64,000 nucleotides of DNA, from the NCBI GenBank assembly GCA_964415895.1, contig CAYQCC010000004.1, positions 243 through 64,242 on the forward strand, given 5' to 3'. Shown piece by piece: positions 20,090 to 29,745 of the stretch. Each line of letters begins with the position of its first letter. The first letter of the stretch is position 1. The notes under the pieces are model-generated. The model ran no database searches, had not been told where the DNA came from, and worked only from the letters and a program-made list of their open reading frames with translations. The DNA comes from an uncultured Candidatus Saccharibacteria bacterium (GTDB lineage Bacteria; Patescibacteriota; Minisyncoccia; Phycocordibacterales; UBA1006). The position numbers and the translations under genes were made by a program.

Positions 20090-21214
20090 ATGAAATATTT
20101 CCTTTCATTTCTAGCTATCACATTACTGATTCCAACGTTAGCCCTTGCGAACGAACTTTCGCCTGCACAAAAATATCAAGCAAAAAAGAAAGTGAGCATA
20201 TTAATCGTTCCTGGTCACGACAACGAATTCTCTGGAACTGTGTTCAATGGAACAAAAGAGGCCGACATTAATCTGAAACTTGCCGAGAAACTTATAAAAG
20301 AACTGAAAGCAGATCCACTCCTTTCTGTAACCATGTCACGAGCAAAGGATGGATATATTCCAGAGCTTTCAAATTATTTTATCAATAACGAACAAGCAGT
20401 AAAAGATTTCATCGCGGAAGGAAAAGCGCAGACACAAGGGTTGGCGTCAAGTGGCATAGTGCAGACTACAGAACAGGTTCCCCATGGCGACGCGCCGTCA
20501 AAGGCGGCATACCAATTGTATGCGACAAACAAATGGGCGGAAGAGAAAGGTTTTGATCTGATCATCCATATCCACTTCAATGATTATGGATCACGTGGAT
20601 CAGTTGCGGGTGAATTCACTGGTTATTCAATCTATGTTCCCGACAATAGCCTGCTAAATAATGAACGATCGTTAACTATCGGAACTGCTATCGGAAAGCG
20701 ATTGCATAGCGTATGGAATACCAGTAATGCACTCTCGGAGCTGAAGAAAATCGACGAGAACGGAGTTATTGAGGATGCAAAACTGATCGCGCTTGGCTCC
20801 AACCGAACACTCAATACTCCAAGTATCTTGATTGAGTATTCTTATATTTATGAACCAACCGTAACGGAACCATTTTTTACAACAACATCAACTGCGTTTG
20901 CACGTGCAACCTTTGTTGGACTACGTGAATATCTTTCTGGAAAGAAATCAACACTTAAACCATTTAAGTATGATTTCGTTTCGAATCTTACCATTTCAAA
21001 TAAATCACAACCTGAAGTTTTAATGTTGCAATATGCACTTTCGAATTTAAAATTGTTTCCATCTACTGGAAAGACACGAAACGATTGTCCATTCAACGGA
21101 GTCTATGACGAATGTACAAAATCTGCCGTGAAAAGTTATCAAAAACTTAACAAGATGACCGCTGATGGAGTTGTTGGAAAGCAGACTAGAGCATTGTTAA
21201 ATAAGACATTCTAA
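20090..21214 (+). CDS. N-acetylmuramoyl-L-alanine amidase with C-terminal peptidoglycan-binding domain
   Basis: Signal peptide, PGH, E...NL, IHFN, PSILIE, and AVK.YQ.....ADGVVG..TR at the C-terminus. Confidence 0.88.
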   Translation: MKYFLSFLAITLLIPTLALANELSPAQKYQAKKKVSILIVPGHDNEFSGTVFNGTKEADINLKLAEKLIKELKADPLLSVTMSRAKDGYIPELSNYFINNEQAVKDFIAEGKAQTQGLASSGIVQTTEQVPHGDAPSKAAYQLYATNKWAEEKGFDLIIHIHFNDYGSRGSVAGEFTGYSIYVPDNSLLNNERSLTIGTAIGKRLHSVWNTSNALSELKKIDENGVIEDAKLIALGSNRTLNTPSILIEYSYIYEPTVTEPFFTTTSTAFARATFVGLREYLSGKKSTLKPFKYDFVSNLTISNKSQPEVLMLQYALSNLKLFPSTGKTRNDCPFNGVYDECTKSAVKSYQKLNKMTADGVVGKQTRALLNKTF

Positions 21215-21289
21215 AGGCTTGCAATATGACTCGAAAAAGGCGTATACTATAGTTGGCCGAGATTATCAGAAATTAATTCAATTAATTAT

Positions 21290-21478
21290 ATGTTACGTTG
21301 GAGCCTTATATTCTTTATTATTGCAATTATTGCAGCAGTATTCGGATTCGGTGGAATCGCAGCAGGAGCTGCATCAATTGCAAAAATATTATTCTTTATC
21401 TTTGTAGTACTATTTATTGTCAGCCTTGTTATGGGATTATCTGTAGCAAAAGCAGTTGGCGATGTAGTCAAGAAATAA
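21290..21478 (+). CDS. DUF1328 (UPF0391) small membrane protein
   Basis: [35 protein letters not shown]. Confidence 0.9.
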   Translation: MLRWSLIFFIIAIIAAVFGFGGIAAGAASIAKILFFIFVVLFIVSLVMGLSVAKAVGDVVKK

Positions 21479-21483
21479 TTCAG

Positions 21484-21527
21484 AAATAAAACAAAAAAAG
21501 CACCTAGGTGCTTTTTTTGTTTTATTT
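21484..21527. terminator. Bidirectional intrinsic terminator (perfect 44-bp palindrome)
   Basis: AAATAAAACAAAAAAAGCACCT/AGGTGCTTTTTTTGTTTTATTT between convergent genes. Confidence 0.8.
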
Positions 21528-21584
21528 TTTCTTGTCTTTTTTAGGTTTTTTCACCTCTTTTCGAGAATCTTTTCCTTTTGCCAT
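21522..21584 (-). CDS. 20-aa basic small protein MAKGKDSRKEVKKPKKDKKK
   Basis: Clean ATG-to-TAA frame ending in the palindromic terminator. It falls below the ORF-track length cutoff. Confidence 0.65.
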   Translation of the reverse strand: MAKGKDSRKEVKKPKKDKKK

Positions 21585-21792
21585 ACGCGGTTTGAAATGA
21601 TTAGGCTTGTAATAGACTTATTATATCATAATTCAAATTATGCAAAAAATTCATAACTAATTTATTAGGCCATGAGACGATTATTGTATCCATTATTAAT
21701 GAATCGCTTAATTTAAATTAATTATGTACATGAGAACAACTCATCCAGCAGGAACCATTATTCACATCGCGTTAATGTCCAAAAGATAGCTT

Positions 21793-22095
21793 ATGTTTCG
21801 CATTATTGCAATTGCTCGAGGGTTCGAGAATGATAACCCTTATACAGCAATGAGCCACCTGCGGTGGCGCGATCCTGAAACAGGACAGACAGGAATTATT
21901 TCTCGTATAGAAGCGTACCAGTACCTGAAAGGGCAACCATGGTCGCTGTATGTCGAGGACACAACGGGTATGAGACATTATCTCATGCCGATAGAAAGCG
22001 ATTGGGGTGTATGCCATGTGCGAACCGTATCGGAGGATTTGGATGCCGACGAGCAGGACATGGATCCACTACTTTCCCTTCCCGAGTTTCTTTAA
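21793..22095 (+). CDS. DUF3892-like protein
   Basis: RI.AI, SR.E...Y, LYV, VRT..D and D.LLSLPEF pattern. Confidence 0.65.
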   Translation: MFRIIAIARGFENDNPYTAMSHLRWRDPETGQTGIISRIEAYQYLKGQPWSLYVEDTTGMRHYLMPIESDWGVCHVRTVSEDLDADEQDMDPLLSLPEFL

Positions 22096-22125
22096 AACAA
22101 AAACTGCTCAAAGGCAGTTTTTGTT

Positions 22126-23370
22126 TTAAGCAGATTTTCCTGCTACAAATCCAGTCGTCCAGCACAATTGCAATCCGTATCCACCAGATGGTCGGTTAAT
22201 ATCCAAAAGATCGCCTGTAATGTACAGATTCGCAATCTTTTTTGATCGCATTGTTTTTGTATCAACTTCTGACAAATGAATTCCGCCATCAGCAACGACT
22301 GCGCGATCAAATCCCATCAGCCCTGTAATCGTCACAGGAAGTGCTTTCAGTAATCGCGTGATCTGCTTACGTTCATCTTTTGTCACACTGTGGACCTTTT
22401 TTGTGAAATCAATATCTGTAAAATGTGACTCAAGAACGCTTGCGGTTCCAGTCGGAACCAGATCCTTGAACACAGTTCGCAAGTTTTTATTTTTGTTCGC
22501 ATCAAACAACTCAATTGCGCGCGCCTCGAACGCGCTGATATCATTCCACGGACAGATATCAATCAATGCCGTTACGGTTCCTGCATGCAATAAATCCGAT
22601 ACTTTACTCGCGCTGTTTAAAATAGTCGGACCTGACAATCCAAAATGAGTAAACATAATTCTTCCCGTTTTCGAAAATGACTTTTTTCCATCAAGCATGA
22701 ATGTAACCTTTGCATCGTTAATAGAAATGCCAGCAAGCTTATGTATCCATTCGTCGCTTACCGCAAGCGGAACGATCGACGGTGTTGGATCTTTTACCGT
22801 GTGGCCGAGATCTTTTAAAAGTGCAAAGCCATCGCCTGTTGCACCTGTTTCAGGATGTGATAATCCACCTGTTGCCAGTATATATGAATTACCTACCACA
22901 ATTCCTTTTGTTGTTTCAACGCCAGTGATTGAATTCCCATCGCGAAGCAGTTTTTTCACGCTCGTTTGAGTTTGTATAGCAACTCCTAATTTCTCAAGTT
23001 CATTTTTTAACAAATTCGTTACGTCTACTGCTTTTTCAGATTTGGGAAATGCTCGTTTCAATGCCTGCACTACTAATGACATTCCGCGTGACTCGAAGAA
23101 ATCAAACGTATCCTGGACAGAGAATTGCGAAAATGGAGAATATAAAAACGGAGCTGCTTCATTATAGATTGCAAGAAACTTTTTTACATCAGATTCTGCA
23201 TTCGTGATATTACAGCGACCACCACCAGTGATATCCAATTTCCGCCCAAGCGTTTTGTTTTTCTCAAGGATGACAACACGTTTTCCTAATTGCGCCGCAG
23301 AAATAGCAGTCATCATTCCTGATGCCCCCCCGCCTATTACTACTACGTCGAATTGTTCGGATTGAGTCAT
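22126..23370 (-). CDS. HI0933/BaiN family NAD(P)/FAD-dependent oxidoreductase
   Basis: Motifs GGGASGM, GRK...TGGGRCNITN, ATGG.S.P..G..GDG, FTH.GLSGP and GGY.LQ..W.TG. Confidence 0.92.
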   Translation of the reverse strand: MTQSEQFDVVVIGGGASGMMTAISAAQLGKRVVILEKNKTLGRKLDITGGGRCNITNAESDVKKFLAIYNEAAPFLYSPFSQFSVQDTFDFFESRGMSLVVQALKRAFPKSEKAVDVTNLLKNELEKLGVAIQTQTSVKKLLRDGNSITGVETTKGIVVGNSYILATGGLSHPETGATGDGFALLKDLGHTVKDPTPSIVPLAVSDEWIHKLAGISINDAKVTFMLDGKKSFSKTGRIMFTHFGLSGPTILNSASKVSDLLHAGTVTALIDICPWNDISAFEARAIELFDANKNKNLRTVFKDLVPTGTASVLESHFTDIDFTKKVHSVTKDERKQITRLLKALPVTITGLMGFDRAVVADGGIHLSEVDTKTMRSKKIANLYITGDLLDINRPSGGYGLQLCWTTGFVAGKSA

Positions 23371-23412
23371 AATCGGAGCATAGCACGAAACCAAAAAAGC
23401 CCGAAGGCTTTT

Positions 23413-24123
23413 TTATTTTCCATTGAGAAAATCATCCATTTCCGCACAAGTCTTTTGTGTTAATTGCAATGAGAGACTATTGTTCGTTACAGCCAACTCT
23501 TTTAAGGGATCCCAAGTCCACGCCGTTACATTACAATAGCTTTTTGAATCCTCAGTCTTTTCCTGAAATACCAAATTAACAATTGCGTTATTCTTGGCGT
23601 CTAATTCAAAATTAGCTCCATTGATTCCGTTACCTATAATACAACCTCCAATAGGTGTTTCTACCAACCGATGATCCATTTGACTTATTTGATTTATATA
23701 TTCAGGCTTACTATTCTTTAATGTAATTACCGTATAGCATTCTCCGCCGACAGGCCTATCTAATGTCATTAGAAGTATTTCTGGAATGCCGTCTCCTGTA
23801 ATATCAAGTTGCGAACTTTTTACATTCATTGATTCTATAACTTCGTTCACGCGTTCATCTCGGTTATCTCCATACCCATAATCACCCGCTATCATAGTCT
23901 TGATATAAGGTATATACCTTTTCCAAATTTCTGGAATATTCCCTATGTAAGGATCTTTTCTCGGTTGCACTTCCTTTTCAGGAAGCTTCTGCACTACTTC
24001 CTGGGTCGAAGGAACTACTTCTTGCTTATGGCTTTCAATCTTTGATTTATGAAAAACAATAGCTATTGCTATCCCTAATCCCAGAAGAATTATTATTATC
24101 GGCAGTAAATATTTCTTAGTCAT
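23413..24123 (-). CDS. Exported hypothetical protein
   Basis: N-terminal TM anchor, a DITGDGIPE (FG-GAP/EF-like) motif and Cys pairs. Confidence 0.6.
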   Translation of the reverse strand: MTKKYLLPIIIILLGLGIAIAIVFHKSKIESHKQEVVPSTQEVVQKLPEKEVQPRKDPYIGNIPEIWKRYIPYIKTMIAGDYGYGDNRDERVNEVIESMNVKSSQLDITGDGIPEILLMTLDRPVGGECYTVITLKNSKPEYINQISQMDHRLVETPIGGCIIGNGINGANFELDAKNNAIVNLVFQEKTEDSKSYCNVTAWTWDPLKELAVTNNSLSLQLTQKTCAEMDDFLNGK

Positions 24124-24197
24124 ATTTTAATAATAGACCAAGCGGAGTAATAGTCAAATAAAAAGCCCGAAGGCTTTTTATTTACCCGCACACCCAG

Positions 24198-25682
24198 CTA
24201 TGGGTGTGCGGGTTTATCCAAATCCAATGTCTCGTCAATACGAATTTGTTCTACAAATTCCGGAACATGGGAAACCAGAATTATCGCTCCCTGATAGTTC
24301 GACAACGCTTTCGCAATAATCGGCAGGTGGCGGAAGTTAATATGGTTTGTTGGCTCATCCAAAATCAGAAGTCCTGGTCGCTGTAATACCAATCGCGCAA
24401 ATGCAACCAATCCTTTCTGACCTTCTGACAGTGCACCAATTCGTGTACGCACGATTTCACCATTAATCAGAAATCCTGATGCAACACTTCGCATGAATTC
24501 CTCATCCAATTTTGCGCCAGTCGAAGTAAGTGCTTCTGCAAGAGATTCATATACGGTATGATCAAAATTAAGTGTCGAAAAATCTTGTCGATAATATCCA
24601 ACGCGAACACCTTCATGAATTGTTACACCTTCCGTTTCACCTTTTGCAAGTGTTTCAAGTAATGTTGATTTTCCAATTCCGTTTGGACCTTTCAACTGCA
24701 AGTGATTGTTTCGTTTTAATACAACGCTCGCTTTTTTAGAAACAATCTTATGATTTTTCATAATCGTAAAATTATTGATCGTAATCACAGGGCCAATCAA
24801 ATCATCCTGAACAGGAATAACAAACGGTCGAATGGTTTTATCTTCTCGGCGCACGTCTACAATTTCTTCTTCCAATTCCTCTGCCTTTTCACGCATCTGT
24901 TTTGCAACCAATCGCATTTGCCCTCCTTTAAATGCAAATTTATTCGCCTTTTCTTTTTTTGCAAGAATTTCTTTTTGGAGCAATGCATTCTTTCGATTTT
25001 CAGCTTCTACTCGTGCTGTAATTTGTTTTACTACGTCATAATAGTTCCCAACATACTGCTCTACTTTTTTTGAAAATACATCCAGATACAGTACGCCGTC
25101 TGTGAACGAGTTCAAAAATTCCGCATCATGAGAAATAACCATCACTGTGTTTTGATACGCTCGAATAAAATCCTTCAAGTGTTCGATTCCTGCATGATCA
25201 AGATTGTTTGTCGGCTCGTCCAGAAGTAGTAGATCTGGATCTTGAATAAGGGCTGAAGCTAAAAGCAATCGCGCCTGCTGACCACCGGAAAATGTTTTCA
25301 TAACTCGATCATGAACTTTCTCGTGTCCAATCAAATGAACCACTTCCAATACCTCATCAATCTTGGGGTCAATATCATATACTGGCTTATCGAAGCATTT
25401 TTGAAAAAACTCCCGGACAGTCAAATCCAACTGATCACGAGGAATAACCTGGCGACTGATAGCCACGCGAACGCCGCGGACGATATTGATCTTTCCGTCT
25501 TCTGGTTGAAGTGTTCCTGTGAGCAATCCAAAGAGCGTTGATTTACCAGCGCCATTCTGGCCCATCAGCGTAATCTTGAGTCCGCGACGAATCGCAAAAC
25601 TCACCTCTTTAAGGATTGGTTTGTTTGCACCAAATTCAAATGATACATCTTCAAAGCGTGCGATAATCTCGTCTTTTGCCAT
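24198..25682 (-). CDS. ABC-F family ATPase
   Basis: Two ABC cassettes (GQNGAGKST/FSGGQ/DEPTN and GPNGIGKST/LSEGQ/DEPTN) and no TM segments. Confidence 0.93.
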   Translation of the reverse strand: MAKDEIIARFEDVSFEFGANKPILKEVSFAIRRGLKITLMGQNGAGKSTLFGLLTGTLQPEDGKINIVRGVRVAISRQVIPRDQLDLTVREFFQKCFDKPVYDIDPKIDEVLEVVHLIGHEKVHDRVMKTFSGGQQARLLLASALIQDPDLLLLDEPTNNLDHAGIEHLKDFIRAYQNTVMVISHDAEFLNSFTDGVLYLDVFSKKVEQYVGNYYDVVKQITARVEAENRKNALLQKEILAKKEKANKFAFKGGQMRLVAKQMREKAEELEEEIVDVRREDKTIRPFVIPVQDDLIGPVITINNFTIMKNHKIVSKKASVVLKRNNHLQLKGPNGIGKSTLLETLAKGETEGVTIHEGVRVGYYRQDFSTLNFDHTVYESLAEALTSTGAKLDEEFMRSVASGFLINGEIVRTRIGALSEGQKGLVAFARLVLQRPGLLILDEPTNHINFRHLPIIAKALSNYQGAIILVSHVPEFVEQIRIDETLDLDKPAHP

Positions 25683-25723
25683 AATGCGTTGACTGTACCT
25701 TATTTTTGCAGAAAACGAAAGCT

Positions 25724-26179
25724 TTATTTTCCAAGTTCCTCTATGATCTTGAAATGCTTCTCACTTACTGGCTGAATGGAAAGCCTGCTTCCTCGAGCTC
25801 GAACCATCATTCCTGACAGTGAGTCTTGAAACTTTATTTCATCAAGTGTTACAGGTTCTTTGAACTTTCTCACGAATCCAACATCTACACACTGCCATCT
25901 GGCATTCTCACGTGTTGATTTTGGATCATAATACTCACCACCTTTTTCAAACTGTGTTTCATCCGCATACGCATTGGCGGCAACTTTCGCAATTCCATAT
26001 ACACCAATCGGTCTTGAGCTTGAATGATAAAACAACACCATATCACCTTTTCTCATATTGTCGCGCATAAAATTCCGCGCCTGATAATTACGCACGCCGG
26101 ACCATGCTGTAGTTTTATCTCGCCTTAAATCATCAACCGAATAGCAGTCGCCTTCGGATTTCATAAGCCAGTAGTTCAT
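25724..26179 (-). CDS. EVE domain protein
   Basis: Motifs YWLMKSE, W.GVRNYQARN, GD.VLFYHS and RLSIQPV. Confidence 0.93.
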   Translation of the reverse strand: MNYWLMKSEGDCYSVDDLRRDKTTAWSGVRNYQARNFMRDNMRKGDMVLFYHSSSRPIGVYGIAKVAANAYADETQFEKGGEYYDPKSTRENARWQCVDVGFVRKFKEPVTLDEIKFQDSLSGMMVRARGSRLSIQPVSEKHFKIIEELGK

Positions 26180-26224
26180 ATAATAATAGTATATCAAAAA
26201 ACCACTCTTTCGAGTGATTTCAAA

Positions 26225-26460
26225 TTACAACCATTTTGCAACTCCACCATGACGCGAACATGTTCCGCGACGATGAGCACTGAAACTGTATGTTTTATCA
26301 CGACATTGCGCAGTGGCGCCTTTTGGTGCAGTCGACCTTACTACTGGTAGATGAATTTTATTGCCTGATGAATTGATATAGTAATCTGTTTTGCAAATGC
26401 GGTAGTTGATACTCCGAAAGTAATAATAAGTCCGAGTAATCCAATTGCAAGCTTTTTCAT
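26225..26460 (-). pseudogene. DUF3761 secreted protein, frameshifted in an A4 run
   Basis: The signal peptide MKKLAIGLLG...AFA is out of frame with YINSSG..IH.P...GATAQCRD.TYSFS.HRRGTCS.HGGVA.W. One extra A at 26389-26392 restores the frame. Confidence 0.75.
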
Positions 26461-26593
26461 GAATGTTTTCATAGATAACGAAACTGTAGCTTAAAACAAG
26501 TATAAACGCAATAAGAGATAAAATATTTATGATAATTGGAAATTGATAAAATCTATTGCAGATTTTATTTCATACTTTTATACTATTTTACAT

Positions 26594-27280
26594 ATGCACC
26601 TATTGTTGATTGAAGATGATTCAACAGTTCGAGAAAATCTGTTGTCCTATTTTAAAAAAGAATCAATTTCAATCGACTCAACAACATGTGGTGAACATGG
26701 ATCATTTTTGGGGACAGCAAAAGATTATGATTTAATTATTCTAGAACAAGAATTACCCAAAAAGAAAGGTTCGGATATTTGCAAACATTTACGTGCACAC
26801 GGAAAAACCATCCCTATTGTGATGATAACTGCCCTGTCTTCATTAAACGAAAAGTTAATTGCGTTTAATGCTGGTGTTGATGATTATCTAATAAAACCTT
26901 TCGCTATCGAAGAATTGCATGCAAGAGTCAGAGCATTACTACGTAGACCTCGTGAATTACGCCCTACAATTATTAGTATTGGCGGAGTTAGTATCGATAT
27001 TGATCGACATACAATTACCTGTAAAAGAAAAAGGGTTTATCTTACAAAAAAAGAATTCTGTTTATTAGAATTTATGGCTTTAAACCAAGGATTGGTCGTA
27101 TCTCGAGAGAAACTCCTTGATCATGTTTGGGACGGAGGTAGTCACGTATCCTCAAACACAATCGAGATGCATATTTTAAGCCTAAGGAAAAAGCTTGGAG
27201 CGGAGGGCAGAAAGATAATACAAACTATCCCTGCGTGTGGATATAAACTCGAGTCACCTAGACATCCTGTCATGTATTAG
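26594..27280 (+). CDS. OmpR-family response regulator (atypical, orphan)
   Basis: Motifs LLIEDD, DLIILE, G.DDYL.KPF, LT.KEF.LLE and TI...GY. Confidence 0.9.
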   Translation: MHLLLIEDDSTVRENLLSYFKKESISIDSTTCGEHGSFLGTAKDYDLIILEQELPKKKGSDICKHLRAHGKTIPIVMITALSSLNEKLIAFNAGVDDYLIKPFAIEELHARVRALLRRPRELRPTIISIGGVSIDIDRHTITCKRKRVYLTKKEFCLLEFMALNQGLVVSREKLLDHVWDGGSHVSSNTIEMHILSLRKKLGAEGRKIIQTIPACGYKLESPRHPVMY

Positions 27281-27317
27281 CATGCAGATTATAAAACCCA
27301 TCTTTTAAAGATGGGTT

Positions 27318-28454
27318 TTATAATCTAGGATACAATGTCTTTAATTGAGAATAATGCTGATTAAAATAATTCATATGAAGCGAGGCTAGTCCTTCATAAA
27401 AAGTGTTCTGATCGGTGTTTTTTGGCATTTTGTTGTCTTCCAAATAATTATGTAATATAAAGCTGATAGCGGCTTTCATGTCAGTATTATTATTATTCGC
27501 ATATTGAACTGCTTCGTGCAATCTTGCCTGGATTTCAGTAGGGTGTGTCGCATGATCTTCAAAAATGTACGTTGCCCTGAATGCATCTTTCCACACTTCT
27601 GGCATAACTACAATCTGATGCGCATGCGTATGCTCATGAACCATAATACGCTCCAACTCTTCTAGAGCGCTTTTATAATTAAGAATATTTCCTTTCACTG
27701 TTGCATAAGACGTTCCAGCATCGCCTCCGCCTCCGCCATTCCTGACTACTTTGTCAGCATTATTATCTAAAACAATTTCAAAATTCACCCTTCTTAATGC
27801 CTGCCAGAGCGTATTGGCTTCAATAGGAAACGTGGAATCTTCAAGAATTGTATTATTACTGTAAACAGTTTTTTGTAATGTTTTATAATCAATTTTATTT
27901 ACTGATATTCGTATAATTTCTCCCTTGTTCTCGTTCTGTTGTAAGACAGTTTCTAATGAGCTTTTAATTGTATTAAAAACTGGCTGCACCTCATACCACA
28001 CATCCAAGTAATCATGTGAATAATCATCTCTAGCCTCTATTCGATTCTCATTTACTACATCAAGGGGCTTAGTAAAAGGTTCCTTTCCTCGCAAAGATCT
28101 TACTTTTTCTTTTATAGATGTTATAAGCGAATATCTACCTTCCAAATGTGCTGTAGGATCTACAACTGCTTCGCGTGTTCTTCGCTTTTTGTAAAAATCC
28201 CTCATTACCTCGATTTGACCAGGAAGGAAATCTTCGTGAGACATCCCTTCAAAGATAGCCAATGACTCAGATTCTTCAATGCCAAGTTCTTGTCTTAGCT
28301 CCTTAATCTTTTGTTCGCTTTTCTGTTGATTTGTCTCTTTCAAGGTCACAGGATATTTTTCTTCTTGCTTCGCACCATCTTGATCATAAAAAATCTTACT
28401 TTCTTTGAAATCTATGGCGGCTTTGTTTTTCTCGATAAAGGGTGGCTTTTCCAT
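27318..28454 (-). CDS. Hypothetical protein with HExxH motif (possible zincin)
   Basis: MVHEHTHAHQ followed by PTEIQAR. Confidence 0.55.
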   Translation of the reverse strand: MEKPPFIEKNKAAIDFKESKIFYDQDGAKQEEKYPVTLKETNQQKSEQKIKELRQELGIEESESLAIFEGMSHEDFLPGQIEVMRDFYKKRRTREAVVDPTAHLEGRYSLITSIKEKVRSLRGKEPFTKPLDVVNENRIEARDDYSHDYLDVWYEVQPVFNTIKSSLETVLQQNENKGEIIRISVNKIDYKTLQKTVYSNNTILEDSTFPIEANTLWQALRRVNFEIVLDNNADKVVRNGGGGGDAGTSYATVKGNILNYKSALEELERIMVHEHTHAHQIVVMPEVWKDAFRATYIFEDHATHPTEIQARLHEAVQYANNNNTDMKAAISFILHNYLEDNKMPKNTDQNTFYEGLASLHMNYFNQHYSQLKTLYPRL

Positions 28455-28542
28455 GAATACAGTATACCAAGTTGCATGCATTATACAAAAAAAACGTCGA
28501 GTGGCGCTTTTGTTATATTAAAACCGAGCTTTATGCAGGTTT

Positions 28543-29007
28543 TCATTTATTTTCGTTCCAAGAAATAATTTTTGCGTCGTACCAATTATGAAGCTGCTCT
28601 TCTGTATATTTTAGAGAAAGAGGGCGATTTTCAAATAATCGTTCATGCAAACGAGAATCTCTTTTTCCTCGTGCATCCGAAATACACGTCTCTTTCGAAC
28701 ACCACTCAAGATCATCTGGAAGTTGGGCGTCTATCGAATTATCAATCACAACTCGTTGCAGATTGACATGCAGATCAACCGTTTCTTCTGGTTTAATAAT
28801 GGTATTTAAAATCGTACCAAAATCTGTTATGGCGTTAACATGCTTAGCTCCAAACAATTCAGAAACTAATGATTCAACTCCTTCCCTTGAAGGACCTCCG
28901 GGTAGCTGAAGAATATCTCTCCCTTCATGGAAACTTTTCTTGAGCAAGAGACAACCTCCTTTCATTGCTATAAGCAGCCAAACAGATCTTTCTTTATGCG
29001 TATTCAT
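28543..29007 (-). CDS. Hypothetical protein, degenerate NUDIX-like
   Basis: LLLKK...LQLPGG with a poorly conserved Nudix box. Confidence 0.4.
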   Translation of the reverse strand: MNTHKERSVWLLIAMKGGCLLLKKSFHEGRDILQLPGGPSREGVESLVSELFGAKHVNAITDFGTILNTIIKPEETVDLHVNLQRVVIDNSIDAQLPDDLEWCSKETCISDARGKRDSRLHERLFENRPLSLKYTEEQLHNWYDAKIISWNENK

Positions 29008-29070
29008 GCAATTACTATAACATGCTTCAAAAAGAAAAACCCGACCAGCTTGCGCATATTCGGATTAATC

Positions 29071-29276
29071 TTTTATGGGGGACTATCGGGAATCGGTCAC
29101 GATCGCATAGTCGCTATTGCTCCTTGCGTCTCGACCCCGACTCGCTGACAAAATTCTCGTACCTCGAATTTCGTAAACCAGCTCCGTCTTTCGATTCCTC
29201 TATTCCATCTCAAAAAATATACTGCAAAAATATTGCATATTTTTTCGTTATTTTTATGGGGGACTATCGGGAATCG
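29071..29276. repeat. 25-bp direct repeat of the tRNA-His 3' end flanking a ~155-bp insert
   Basis: TTTTATGGGGGACTATCGGGAATCG at 29071-29095 and 29252-29276. Confidence 0.85.
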
Positions 29277-29331
29277 AACCCGAATTGCGGGATCCACAAA
29301 CCCGAGTGTTAACCGTTACACCATAGTCCCC
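29259..29331 (-). tRNA. tRNA-His(GUG)
   Basis: G-1 plus GGGACTA/TAGTCCC acceptor stem, C discriminator, anticodon loop TTGTGGA and T-loop TTCGATT. Confidence 0.95.
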
Positions 29332-29399
29332 ATATCGTAAACAAAAGCCCCGAAATAATTGAAAATCGAGACTTCAGTTCATGTGTTGATACACAACTT

Positions 29400-29561
29400 G
29401 TCGATATATCGGATTTTTCTTGGAAACAATCTCCTAAAAATAAATGCAATTGGCATACATTTTTAGAGGATCATTGGGAGGAAATCCTTAACGACATTAA
29501 AAGAATTGCTTCTTTGGACGAAATCTCAATACAAAAGTTATCATACAATAAGGCAGCATAA
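29400..29561 (+). other. Headless reading frame, inferred displaced C-terminus of the 38874 serine recombinase
   Basis: Reads VDISDFSWKQSPK...YNKAA* from the att core, in the same codon phase as the recombinase ...HV|E junction. No nearby in-frame ATG. Confidence 0.65.
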
Positions 29562-29745
29562 ATTGCAAATATCCCACTTAATATTATTCAAATATTAGTC
29601 TTTGTTAAAATCATCAACTATGGATTGATAGTTTCTAATAATTTCATCTAAATCTTCTTTGAAATCTTTTAAAGCACTTAAAGGTGAAGTAGGATTATAT
29701 TGATGAGGTAATGGAACGAATGATTTTTCATTTAACGTATTCTTA

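Noticed and set aside
29022-29312. Short ORFs over the tRNA-His region
   Set aside because: They overlap the tRNA and its duplicated end and have no protein-like features.
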